A stretch of DNA of 64,000 nt, taken from positions 32,001 through 96,000 of the forward strand of contig CAWHTE010000003.1 in NCBI GenBank assembly GCA_963832165.1, written 5' to 3'. Origin of the DNA: an uncultured delta proteobacterium. GTDB taxonomy: Bacteria > Myxococcota_A > UBA9160 > SMWR01. The notes beneath the pieces were generated by a model. The model was not told the origin of the DNA. It saw nothing but the letters and a program-made list of their open reading frames with translations, and ran no database searches. The translations under genes and the position numbers were made by a program. Below are positions 28,651 through 39,393 of the stretch, piece by piece; position 1 is the first letter of the stretch; each line of letters begins with the position of its first letter.

Positions 28651-29417
28651 ACGCCGAGAAGCTGCGCTCGCTCTTCGACATGACGGATCGCGTGGTGATC
28701 GTGACGGGCGCCACGCGCGGAATCGGCCGCGCGCTCGCCGAGGGCTACGTGGCGGCGGGCGCCAAGGTGGTCGTGACGAGCCGCAAGGCCGCCGCGTGCG
28801 ACGAGACCGCGAAACATCTGCGCGCGCAGGGAGGCGAGGTGCTCGCGGTGCCGTGTCACGTGGGCGATCTCGACGCGCTGCGCGAGCTCGTGGAGCGCAC
28901 CGCCTCCGAATTCGGCGCGATCGACGTGATCGTGAACAACGCGGCCAACGCGCTCGCGCAGCCGCACGGGGAGTACACGCCGGAGGCGTGGGCGAAGTCG
29001 CTCGACGTCAACCTGCGCGGGCCCGTGTTCCTGGTCCAGGAGGCGCTGCCGTATCTGAAGCAGAGCCGGCACGCCGCGGTGCTCAACGTGCTCTCGGGCT
29101 CCGCGTTCCTGTTCTCCTCGTTCGTCTCGCTCTACGGGATCGGCAAGGCCGGCCTCATGGCCGCGACGCGCTCGATGGCCGCCGAGTACGCGCCGCACGG
29201 CATTCGCGTGAACGCGCTCTCGCCCGGCACCACCGACACCGACATGGTGCGCAAGAACACACCCGAGATGCAGGAGGTGATGGTCCGGATGCAGCTCCTG
29301 CCGCGCATGGCCGACCCCGACGAGCTGGTCGGGCCCGCGCTGCTGCTGACCTCGGACGCGGGCAGCTTCATCACGGGTCACGTCGTGTTCGCCGACGGAG
29401 GGATGGTGCCGCGATGA
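28647..29417 (+). CDS. SDR family oxidoreductase
   Basis: TGATRGIG, NNAA, YGIGK, GIRVNALSPG. Confidence 0.9.
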   Translation: MNAEKLRSLFDMTDRVVIVTGATRGIGRALAEGYVAAGAKVVVTSRKAAACDETAKHLRAQGGEVLAVPCHVGDLDALRELVERTASEFGAIDVIVNNAANALAQPHGEYTPEAWAKSLDVNLRGPVFLVQEALPYLKQSRHAAVLNVLSGSAFLFSSFVSLYGIGKAGLMAATRSMAAEYAPHGIRVNALSPGTTDTDMVRKNTPEMQEVMVRMQLLPRMADPDELVGPALLLTSDAGSFITGHVVFADGGMVPR

Positions 29418-29809
29418 GCGAGAGCTACGCGTTCAGCAAGCTGATCGTCCACGATCTCGAGAAGATGTCCACGTTCTATCGCGATGTATACGGGCTGCAT
29501 GCCGTGAATCGCGTGCGCGGCCACAGCATCGGCGGCGAGGAGATCGACGAGATCATGGTGTCCGCCGACCCGCAGGCGCAGTATGGGTCTCTGGTGCTGC
29601 TCAAGTATCTCGGGCGCGGGCCGTCGCCGAGCGGCGAGCTGATCCTCGGATTCACCACCGACGACCTGCCCGGGCTGCTCGAGCGCGTGTGCGCGGCGGG
29701 CGGAAGCGTTCACGCGCCGATCAAGGAGATTCCCGAGATGAAGCTGCGCGTGGCGTTCGCCACCGATCCGGAGGGTCATCTCGCCGAGCTCGTGCAGATG
29801 CTCGCGTGA
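29414..29809 (+). CDS. VOC/glyoxalase family protein
   Basis: VHDLEKMSTFYRDVYG...FATDPEGHLAELVQ. Confidence 0.88.
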   Translation: MSESYAFSKLIVHDLEKMSTFYRDVYGLHAVNRVRGHSIGGEEIDEIMVSADPQAQYGSLVLLKYLGRGPSPSGELILGFTTDDLPGLLERVCAAGGSVHAPIKEIPEMKLRVAFATDPEGHLAELVQMLA

Positions 29810-29854
29810 GCGGCGATCGTTCCCCCAACTCGAACTGCGCGGAGGTCCCAGGCG

Positions 29855-30684
<830 letters not shown>

Positions 30685-30685
<1 letters not shown>

Positions 30686-31815
30686 TGCTCTTCCACTTCG
30701 ACTTCGCCAACTACTTCAGGATGGTCCGCCTCGCGTGGCACGAGAAGAATCCGCGCGCGCGCCGCACCTATCTCGCGAAGCTCGTGTTGTGGGTGCCGCC
30801 GGTCGCGCTGTTCCACGCGGTGTGCTTCTTCCTCGACGGGATCCTGTTCCCGGGCCTGCACCGCACCGCGATCCGCACGCCGGTTTTCGTGGTCGGCCAC
30901 GCGCGCAGCGGTACGACGCTCGTGCACCGGCTCATGAGCGAGGACGGCGAGCGCTTCAGCTCGTTCCGGCTCTACGAGATGTTCTTCCCGTCGCTCTTGC
31001 AGAAGAAGGTGATCCGCGCGATCGGCGCGTTCGATCGCCGGTTCCTCGGCGGCTTCTTCGAGCGGATCGCGCTCGCCTACGACGAGAAGACCTACGGCGC
31101 TTCGCGCGCGATCCATCCGACGGGGCTGTTCGAGACGGAGGAAGACGACCAGGTCCTCTACTACTCGATGGCCGCGGGCTTCTGGATCACGAAGATGCCC
31201 TACATGGGCGATCTCGACTTCTACTACGTCGACCGCTGGCCCGAGCGCCGCCGCCGGCGCCTGATGCGCTTCTACGCCGACTGCATCCGGCGCCAGCTCT
31301 ATCTGAACGGGCGCGACCGGATCCATCTGTCCAAGAACCCGGTGTTTCCGGGCCGGCTCGAGACGCTGCTCGAGGCGTTCCCCGACGCGCGCATCGTGGT
31401 GCCGATGCGCAACCCGTACGAGACGATCCCGTCGCTGCTCGAGCTGATCCGCTCGGGCTGGAAGAGCCTCGGCTGGGACGAGGCGCGCCAGCAGCGCTGC
31501 TTGAAGATCCTCGCCGATCAGTCGTTCGACACCTATCTCTATCCGCTCGCCGTGCTCGCGCGGCATCCCGAGGTCGAGCACGCGGTCGTCGACTATCGCG
31601 ACCTCGTCGCCGACCCCGCAGCGACGATCGAGCAGGTCTACTGCGCGCTCGGCCTGGAGATCTCGCCCGAGTACCGCGAAGTGCTGCTGGCCGAGGGCAA
31701 GCGCGCGCGCAAACACAAGTCGGGACACAGCTACAGTCTCGAGAAGTTCGGGCTCGACGCGGACGCGATCCGCAGCGGGCTCGCGGAGCTGTTCGATCGC
31801 TACGGATGGGACTAG
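30685..31815 (+). CDS. Sulfotransferase family protein
   Basis: PAPS-binding loop FVVGHARSGTTLVH; LSKNP; MRNP...PS. Confidence 0.88.
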
Positions 31816-31826
31816 AGGAGAGCGAG

Positions 31827-33224
31827 ATGGGAGATGCACAGAAGGATCTGCGCGCGGCGTGGGACGATCTGATCGCCGAGCTCGAGCGCGCGCGCGACGC
31901 GATCGACCAGCCCGAGCTCATGCCCGCGCCGCCGAGCGACCGCAATCTCGCCGAGGGCTACCGCTACCTCGCGGGCTTCATGCACAGCGCGATCGAGCGC
32001 GCGTTCCACCACGACCCGCGCTTCCCCGCGTTCCGCAACGCGCTCTCGATCCTCACGAAGGCGACGATCGACAACGCCGACGCGATCTACTTCTTCGCAC
32101 CGATCGACGGACGCGAGTCGTACGTGGTGCGCGGAAGCGTCGGCGACCATCGGCACTGGCGCGGCCAGCCCGCCGCGGCCGCGGGCCGCAAGGCGCCGCA
32201 GTACCTGATCTTCGAGCTGCACGACGGCCCGCTCGCCGGCGACACGGGCAGCCTCACCGAGCTGCGACCCGGCGTGAAGGTGCAGACGGGCCGGCTCGAT
32301 TCCTCCGAGATCGAGGTGGCCGACGACGGCAGCTTCGAGATCCTGCTCGCGCCCGAACGGCCCGACGGATACACGGGGAACTTCATCGTCTCACACAAGC
32401 GCGTGTCGCGTCCGCACCCCGATCAGCTCGATGGATCGCTCGACCGCTATGCGTGCTGGGTCAGCGGCCGCCAGCTCTTCTACGACTGGGAGCGCGAGGA
32501 CCCGAGCCCGCTCTCGATCCGCCGCGTCGGCGCAGAGCACGAGCACCCCCCGGCGTTCACCCCCGAGCGCGCCGCGGCGCAGCTGCGCGAGATGGGCGCA
32601 CTCGTGCGCGGTCAGGTGCACTTCTGGAATGAATTCTACACGGTGCTTCTCGAGACCTACGGCAAGCGAGAGGGCGGACATCCGGGCCGGCCCGGCGAGC
32701 GCTTCATGCCGCGCAATGCGTTCAATCGGCCGAATGCGGCCTCGGGCGCGACGGGCGGCGGTCAGAGCACGAACATCTACGCGGGCGGCGTGTTCGAACT
32801 CGAGCCCGACGAGGCGCTCATCATCGAGTCGCGCATCCCGGTTCCGCCGCAGTACATCGGCTTCCACCTCGGAAACCTCTGGGGCGAGTCACTCGACTTC
32901 GCGAACCACCAGACGAGCCTGAACGGCTTCCAGGTGGAGCCCGACGAGGACGGCGTGCTGCGCTATGTCGTCGCGCACCGCGATCCGGGTGTGCCGAACT
33001 GGATCGACACCACGGGCCATCGCGAGGGCTTCCTCACGCCGCGCTGGGCCTACTCCGAGCAGCCGACGCCCGATTGCTGGCCGAGCATCAGCGCGACCGT
33101 GGTGCGCTTCGACGAGATCCGGAAGCATCTTCCCGCCGGTGTGCGCACGGTGAGCGCCGGCGAGCGCGCCGAGCGGATCCGCGTGCGGCAGGAGCACGTG
33201 CAGCGGCGCTATCGGGTGTTCTGA
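31827..33224 (+). CDS. DUF1214-like protein (actinobacterial-type, often next to sulfotransferases)
   Basis: AEGYRYL, IDNADAIY, DGSFEILL, WGESLDFANHQTSLN, AHRDPGVPNWIDTTGH. Confidence 0.75.
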   Translation: MGDAQKDLRAAWDDLIAELERARDAIDQPELMPAPPSDRNLAEGYRYLAGFMHSAIERAFHHDPRFPAFRNALSILTKATIDNADAIYFFAPIDGRESYVVRGSVGDHRHWRGQPAAAAGRKAPQYLIFELHDGPLAGDTGSLTELRPGVKVQTGRLDSSEIEVADDGSFEILLAPERPDGYTGNFIVSHKRVSRPHPDQLDGSLDRYACWVSGRQLFYDWEREDPSPLSIRRVGAEHEHPPAFTPERAAAQLREMGALVRGQVHFWNEFYTVLLETYGKREGGHPGRPGERFMPRNAFNRPNAASGATGGGQSTNIYAGGVFELEPDEALIIESRIPVPPQYIGFHLGNLWGESLDFANHQTSLNGFQVEPDEDGVLRYVVAHRDPGVPNWIDTTGHREGFLTPRWAYSEQPTPDCWPSISATVVRFDEIRKHLPAGVRTVSAGERAERIRVRQEHVQRRYRVF

Positions 33225-33242
33225 GCCATCGTTCGCGGCACG

Positions 33243-33818
33243 ATGAACGCCCGGCACGCATGGGTCGCGCTCGCGCTGTCTCTCGTCTTCGCACCCGCTG
33301 CACTCGCCGTGGACGCGGGCGCGCCGCCCGGATCGATCACGTTCGTGGGCGAGAACGTGGTGTCGACGGCGCACGGCCGGTTCCGCGAGTGGCGCGTCGT
33401 GCGCGCCGAGATCGATCCCGACGATCCGCAGAGCGGGGTGGTCGAGGTGGAGGTGGACGTCGCGAGCCTCGAGACCGGCATCGAGCGCCGCGACCGGCAT
33501 CTGCGCACGGCCGACTTCTTCGATGTCGAGAAGTTTCCGAAGGCGCACGCGCGCATCCACGGCGCGGAGCCGGACGGCCAGAGCGAGCGCGGCAAGCCGC
33601 GCTATCGCGCGAAGTTCGATCTGGAGATCCGCGGCGTGAGGAAGACCGTCGACGGGGAGTTCGAGGTCGTAGAGACCTCGCCGCCGACCGTCGAGGGCGG
33701 GCTCACGATCAACCGGGTCGACTTTGGCATCGGCGAGCCCTACGCGTGGTACGTGCCCGGGTCGATCGAAGAGCAGGTGCCCGTGCGGTTCCGCGCGACG
33801 CTTCCGGGTGTCCATTGA
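33243..33818 (+). CDS. YceI-family lipid/polyisoprenoid-binding protein
   Basis: Signal peptide; SLETGIERRDRHLRTADFFDVEKFP; INRVDFGIG. Confidence 0.9.
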   Translation: MNARHAWVALALSLVFAPAALAVDAGAPPGSITFVGENVVSTAHGRFREWRVVRAEIDPDDPQSGVVEVEVDVASLETGIERRDRHLRTADFFDVEKFPKAHARIHGAEPDGQSERGKPRYRAKFDLEIRGVRKTVDGEFEVVETSPPTVEGGLTINRVDFGIGEPYAWYVPGSIEEQVPVRFRATLPGVH

Positions 33819-33820
33819 GG

Positions 33821-34420
33821 ATGGCCGTCGTCGCGCTGATCGCGCTAGGCGCGTACATCGCGGCGAGTTTCGGCTGGCGGATGTGGCTCCAGCGCCGGTT
33901 GACGGGGGATGCGGGCCTGCGCGCGGCGCCGCGCACGCGCGCGGAGTGGGTGTCGGGTGCGGGCCTGGTCGCGGGAGCGATCGCCGTCGTGCTGGCTCCC
34001 GTGCTCGATCTGGCCGGGATCAGCGAGCCGATCGCGGCGCTCGAGGGGCCACTGCTGCGCGCGGTCGGCATCACGCTGTTCGCGCTGGGCTTCTATCTGA
34101 CGATTCGGGCGCAGCTCGACATGGGCGAGTCGTGGCGCATCGGCGTCGACCTGGAGGAGAGCACCGCGCTCGTCACGGGCGGTGTGTTCCGCTTCGTGCG
34201 CAATCCGATCTTCACGGGGATGCTGCTCGTGTGCGCGGGCTCGGCGCTCATGGTCCCCAACGCCCTCGCGCTCGCGGGCGCCGCACTGATCGCGGGGAGC
34301 CTCGAGATCCATGTGCGCAGCGTCGAAGAGCCCTACCTGCTCGGGGTTCACGGCGAGCGGTACGCGAGCTATGCGCGATCCGCGGGGCGGTTCATGCCGC
34401 GCGTCGGCCGGCTGGGTTGA
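33821..34420 (+). CDS. Isoprenylcysteine carboxyl methyltransferase (ICMT/PEMT) family membrane protein
   Basis: MGESWRIGVD, LVTGGVFRFVRNPIF, EEPYL...HGERYASY. Confidence 0.88.
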   Translation: MAVVALIALGAYIAASFGWRMWLQRRLTGDAGLRAAPRTRAEWVSGAGLVAGAIAVVLAPVLDLAGISEPIAALEGPLLRAVGITLFALGFYLTIRAQLDMGESWRIGVDLEESTALVTGGVFRFVRNPIFTGMLLVCAGSALMVPNALALAGAALIAGSLEIHVRSVEEPYLLGVHGERYASYARSAGRFMPRVGRLG

Positions 34421-34429
34421 TCGGAAGCG

Positions 34430-37078
34430 CTAGGCGGCCCCGCGCGCGATCTCGGCGAGCCGGCGCACCACTTCGCCCGCGGAGCGCACGCGCTGGCTCG
34501 GCCGCTTCGCGAGCAGCTGCTCGACCAGCGCTGCGAGCGGCTCTGGCGTGCCCGGCGCGATGTCGCGCAGGTGCGGCGGCGGCGTGTGGCGGTGGTGGAA
34601 CGCGACGTCGCCGTCCCTGAACGGGACGTGGCCCGTGAGCAGCTCGAAGAACGTCACGCCGAGCGCATAGAGATCGGCGCGGTGGTCGACCTGCTCGCCC
34701 GCGCTCTGCTCGGGTGCCATGTAGTAGGGCGTTCCGCCGACCACGGTGGTGCTGCGCCGCACCTCCTCGACCATCTTCGCGAGCCCGAAGTCCATGATCT
34801 TCACCACCTTCTTGTCGGTGAAGAAGATGTTCGCGGTCTTGATGTCGCGATGGACGATGCCCTGTTCGTGGGCGTACTGGAGTCCCTGTGCGATCTGCCC
34901 GCCGATCTTCGCGACCGTGCCCGCGGACAAGCGCCCCTTCTCGCGCAGCACCCTCTGCAGCGGGCTTCCGCGCAAGAGCTCCATCGTGATGTAGAGCGTG
35001 TCGCTCTCCTGTGCGGCATCGAACAGCGTCACGATGTTGGGGTGGTTGAGCGCGGCCGCCGCGCGCGCCTCGCGCAGGAACAGCTCGATCGCCTTCGGGT
35101 GGTTGCGGATGTGGTCGGGCAGGCGCTTGAGCGCGACCTCGCGGCCGAGCCGCCGGTCGCGCGCGCGGAACACCACGCCCATGCCGCCGCGGCCCACCTC
35201 TTCGATGAGCTCGTAGCGGAAGCCCTCGTCGAAGCCGTCCACGACGGCCCGGCCCGGCGTGAGGTCGGGGCTCGTGGTCTGCGAGAGCAGCGCCTTGCGC
35301 AGCGCTTCGGAGCGCGTGGCCAGGTGCGGCCAGGTGGCGTCGCGCCCGCGCAGGCGCTCGAGCAGCGACAGCGCGCGGTCGTAGTGGTGCGTCTGCTCGC
35401 ACAGCACCGCGAGGCGATCGAGTGCCTCGCTCGGGACGTCCCCCTCCGGGCGCGTTGCGAGCAGCTCCTCGAGCTTGCGCACCGCCAGGTCGAGGTGGCC
35501 TTCCTTCTGATAGGCGTCGGCGAGCAGCAGCACGGCGGTGGCGTAGTCCGCGTGCGACACGGGGATCCGGTGCAGGCATTGGATCGCCTGGGCGCGGTCG
35601 CCGCGCTCGAGCGCCACCTGCGCGGCCTGGAGGTGCTCGCCGTGCTTCGAGAGCGCATCGATCCAGCGGACGACGTCTCCGGCGCGCTGGAAGCAGTCGA
35701 TCGCACTGTGATAGTCGTCCGCGCGCACGAACGCCTCGCCCGCGCGCGACAGCTCTCCCGCGCTGCGGAACAGCTCGCCCGCGCGCTCGTCGTCGCCGAT
35801 CGACTCGAACAGGTTTGCGGCTTTCTCGTACTGGTTCAGCGCTTGATAGGTCTCGGCCGCCGACGCGCGCTCGCCCGCGAGCTCGTAGTGGCGCGCGGCG
35901 CTCTCGAGCTGCCCTTGCTCCTCGTGGAAGCGCGCGAGCAGCCGGTTGGCGATCTGCGTCTGTCCCTCGCGCTCGAGCGCGCGCGCCGCGGTGGCGACGT
36001 CTCCGTTCAGGTACGGCTCGACCGCCGGCGGGCAGCCCGAGAACACGAGCTGGGAGTGGTCGCCGAGATCGACCGCGATCACGCGCGGCTCGAACGTCTC
36101 GACCTCGAGCGCAGCCTCGGCGACGCGGTCGGTGCTGCCGACGAGGATGCGGTGCTTGCCGGGGTCGAGCGTGTACGGGACGGGGCCGCGCGCGAGGCGC
36201 AGCGAGCCGGGCGTGCCGTAGCGCGCGACGAACGCCTCCTCGACCGCGCGCCGGTCCCACGTCACGCGCACCTCCACGGGGCACGCGCCCGGCGCGAAGT
36301 CGAAGCCCACGCGCACGGTCTCGCGGCGCTTCGGCACGACCTCCTGCTCGGCGAAATGCGTCGCGACGATCTCGTCGCTCTCCGAGGTCAGGAGATAGCC
36401 CTCGACCGCGATGAAGTGCCGTCGGCACGGAACCGCGAGGAACTGCGTTTCGCGCGAGACGCCCCAGCGCTCCGTGGCGCTCGCGACGCGCGCGGCATGG
36501 CGCGCGCGATCGACGTCGCTGGGTGCGGCGGCCTTCGCGCTGCCCGCAGTCGCGCGCGTCGCCGAGCCTCACGCAGAACGTGCCGCGCAGGCCGGCCGGA
36601 TAGTCGATCGTCACCGCGAGCGCACCGCGGCCACGCGTGGTGCGCGCGAGCGCACCGAGCAGCAGCAGCAGCGCCACGACCGCCGTCAGCTCGCGCAGCG
36701 CGTCGGTCGTGAGATCGCCGTGCTGGAGCCCCGCGAAGCCGTCCACCGCGAAGCGCGGCAGCCAGGGCTCGATGCGCGCGAACTGTTCGCCCGCGCGCGC
36801 CGACACGACGTCGTAGAGCGCCGCTGCGGCGCTGCCAGCGCGGATCGCTGCGCCGCCCGGCTCGTGGGTGTCCTCGGCCGCGGGCGCCTCCGCGGTCGGC
36901 ACCGCGGCCGCGGGGGGGGATCGAGCAGGTGGGCGGCCTCGTCGAGCGTCATGCGCGGCGCCGGGGGATCGGGCTGCGCGGGGGGGCCGGCGGGCGCACG
37001 GCTCGCATCCGCGCGACTCGCGATCGCGAGCGCACACAGGAGCGTCAGTGCAACGACGCGCGAGCGCTTCGGCGACAT
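34430..37078 (-). CDS. Membrane-anchored TPR-repeat Ser/Thr protein kinase, frameshifted near 36915 and 36550
   Basis: Signal peptide in ORF 36686..37078; TM VVALLLLLGALA in a second frame; helical repeats and kinase motifs GRGGMG, VALK, HRDIKTAN, DFGLA, GTPYYMAPE in ORF 34430..36337. Confidence 0.8.
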
Positions 37079-37162
37079 GAAAACTCCCCATCCTCATCGG
37101 TCGGGCGAAGCCGCCGGTTGAGAATCGGGACGCGCCGGTGCGGGCGTCGGTTGCCGATGCCT

Positions 37163-37918
37163 CTAGGCGCGCGCGCCGAGCGCGGGTCCGACCAGCTGCG
37201 CGGCCTCGGCAACGGCCCTGGCGGCCGCTCCGCCGCGCACGACCACCCATTTCTCGTCCTGCGCGGCGCTGATCCGCGTGACGAGGAAGTAGCCGAGGCT
37301 CCCGCTCACGGCGGCGCCGACGTCGCCGACGAGCGAGATCCCATGGGCGATCTGGACGTGCTGGATGCCCGCTGCGGTCTGGAACAGCACCAGCGCGAGC
37401 GCCTCGAACCCGACCCACGCCGCGAGCCCGATCCACCACGCGAGCACGAGCCGCGGGGTGGGCAGCCGCTGCCAGCCGAGCGGATCGGCGGACGCGGGAT
37501 CGCTGCCGCGCCAGACCTCGCTCATCACCTGATACGGGCGCCAGGTGTTGAGCACCGGGATCACGAACGCGAGGTAGGTCCACTCGCGGCCGAAGCGGAT
37601 CCGGCGCACGCCGAGCGCGCGCAGGTTGGCGCGCGCCTGGTGGAGCCAGGGCACGAAGACCGCCGCGATCACCACGGCGCACACGATCTGCGCGAGTCCG
37701 ATCCGCCGGCCCGCCTGGGCGTGTGCGACCTTGGCGATCGGGCCCAGCGACGTGCCGCTGTCGACCGCGGCCATCGCGCGCAGCTCGCCGAGGTCGTAGC
37801 CCGCGGCCATCCAGGCGAGCGCCGCCGCGAGCACGAACAGGCAGCCGAGCACGCGCGCCGACCGGCGCACGGAGAAATAGAGCGGGCGCATGTTCACGGA
37901 ATCGGATGCGTGGCTCAT
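37163..37918 (-). CDS. DUF4328-like membrane protein (in frame with the upstream SpoU ORF as sequenced)
   Basis: FVPWLHQARANLRALG...FVIPVLNTWRPYQVMSEVWRGS...LAWW; AGAGGA upstream of the ATG at 37918. Confidence 0.7.
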   Translation of the reverse strand: MSHASDSVNMRPLYFSVRRSARVLGCLFVLAAALAWMAAGYDLGELRAMAAVDSGTSLGPIAKVAHAQAGRRIGLAQIVCAVVIAAVFVPWLHQARANLRALGVRRIRFGREWTYLAFVIPVLNTWRPYQVMSEVWRGSDPASADPLGWQRLPTPRLVLAWWIGLAAWVGFEALALVLFQTAAGIQHVQIAHGISLVGDVGAAVSGSLGYFLVTRISAAQDEKWVVVRGGAAARAVAEAAQLVGPALGARA

Positions 37919-38614
37919 CTGCGATCCTCTGCGTTGGCGCAGCCGCTCGGCGGCGAGGATCGCCACGGCGGCCTGCAGGTTGTACGACGAGACGAATCCC
38001 GCCATCGGAATGCGCGTGACGACGTCGCAGCGCGCGAGCAGCGCGCGCGGAACTCCCTCCGCCTCGCCGCCCACGACGAGCAGCAGCGGCGGCGTGAGAT
38101 CGACCTCCCAGGGCGCCGCGCTTCCGCTGTCCTCGATTCCGACGATCCGTTTGCCCGCGCGGCGCGCGGCGCCGATCACGTCGCCGGCGCGCTCCCACGC
38201 GACCGGCAGGAAGCGGTCGGCGCGCATCGAGGCGCGCCGCGCCTCGCGCCGCTGGTCGTGGTCGAACGAGTTGTCGATGTAGACGCCGTCGGCGCCGCTC
38301 ACCTCGGCGGTGCGGATCGCGGTGCCGACGTTGCCGGCATAGCGCGCGCCCACGATCAGCCACACCGCGCCGCCGCGCGCCATCACGGTGTCGAGGTCGG
38401 CGTCGCGCTCGGGGCCGATCAGCGCCGCGACCTCGAGCTCACCGGCGAGGCGCGCGTGGCGCCGCTCGCCGCTGCGCACGATCTCGGCCCCGGCTGCCGA
38501 CGCGCGCTCGCACAGGGCGGCGAGCTCGGCCGGGAGCGGGCCCTCGGGCACTACCACGCAGCGCACCGGCTCTCCCGCATCGAGCGCCTGCGCGAGCGCG
38601 GCCTGGCCCTCGAT
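37915..38614 (-). CDS. SpoU/TrmH-family RNA 2'-O-ribose methyltransferase (start uncertain)
   Basis: GNVGTAIRTAE, VVGGEAEGV, IPMAGFVSSYNLQAAVAI; N-terminal IEGQAALAQAL segment upstream of the GTG at 38566. Confidence 0.85.
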
Positions 38615-39366
38615 GCGCCGCCGGGAAGGGCTAGGCGCCGGAAGACGAAGTACTCATTCTGGTCGCCCGAGTGGCCGTCGGCGCGATAGCGCTGGTCCAG
38701 CGCGAGCGGAAGGCCGGCTGTCCAGGTCGCGAGCTCGGACTCGTCGAAGAAGTGGAAATAACGCACCCAATCGTCGCCGGGGCCCCAGGGAATCAGGCGA
38801 TCACCGGGCTCCAGCTGTGAGCAATCGATCGGCATACGTGCGCGGGAACTGTAGGAATTCCAGTCGACCGCGCGTTCGGCCTCGCCGCGCAGCCAGGTCG
38901 TGAGGACGAGCCGGCCCCCGGGAGCGACGCGCGCCGCGCAGGCTTCGAGCAGGGCCAGGCGGCGCTCCCGGCTGGGCACGCCGTGGATCACCGCGATCAC
39001 CGATACGAGCTCGAACGGGCCGGAGGGCAGGGCGTCCGGATCCGCGACGACGTCGCCGACCTGCCAGCGCGCGCCGGCCAGGCCCATGCTGCGCGCCTGC
39101 TCGAGCAGCGGCTCGCTCGCGTCGACGCCGCAGATCTCGAGTGCGCGCGGCGCGAGCGCCTGCGCCAGGTAGCGCGCGAACCGGCCATGGCCGCAGCCGA
39201 CGTCGAGCACGCGCAGCGGATCCTCACCCGGCGCCGCGCGCAGCACCGCCGCGAGCGGGTCCCAGCCCGGCCACGGCGCGGTGCGCTTCGCGCTGAACTC
39301 GGCGGCGTGGTCGCGGTAGAAGTCGGTGTTGATCGCGGCGAGAGCGCGCACCGTGGCTTCGTTCAT
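38551..39366 (-). CDS. Class I SAM-dependent methyltransferase resembling the Trm9/ALKBH8 tRNA carboxyl methyltransferase
   Basis: FYRDHAAEFSAKRTAPWP, LDVGCGHG, SVIAVIHGVPSRERR, PGGRLVLTTW, LIPW, RYFHFFDESEL. Confidence 0.8.
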   Translation of the reverse strand: MNEATVRALAAINTDFYRDHAAEFSAKRTAPWPGWDPLAAVLRAAPGEDPLRVLDVGCGHGRFARYLAQALAPRALEICGVDASEPLLEQARSMGLAGARWQVGDVVADPDALPSGPFELVSVIAVIHGVPSRERRLALLEACAARVAPGGRLVLTTWLRGEAERAVDWNSYSSRARMPIDCSQLEPGDRLIPWGPGDDWVRYFHFFDESELATWTAGLPLALDQRYRADGHSGDQNEYFVFRRLALPGGASRARPRSRRRSMRESRCAAW

Positions 39367-39393
39367 GCGCGCCTCTGATACCTTCGGCGCCTC

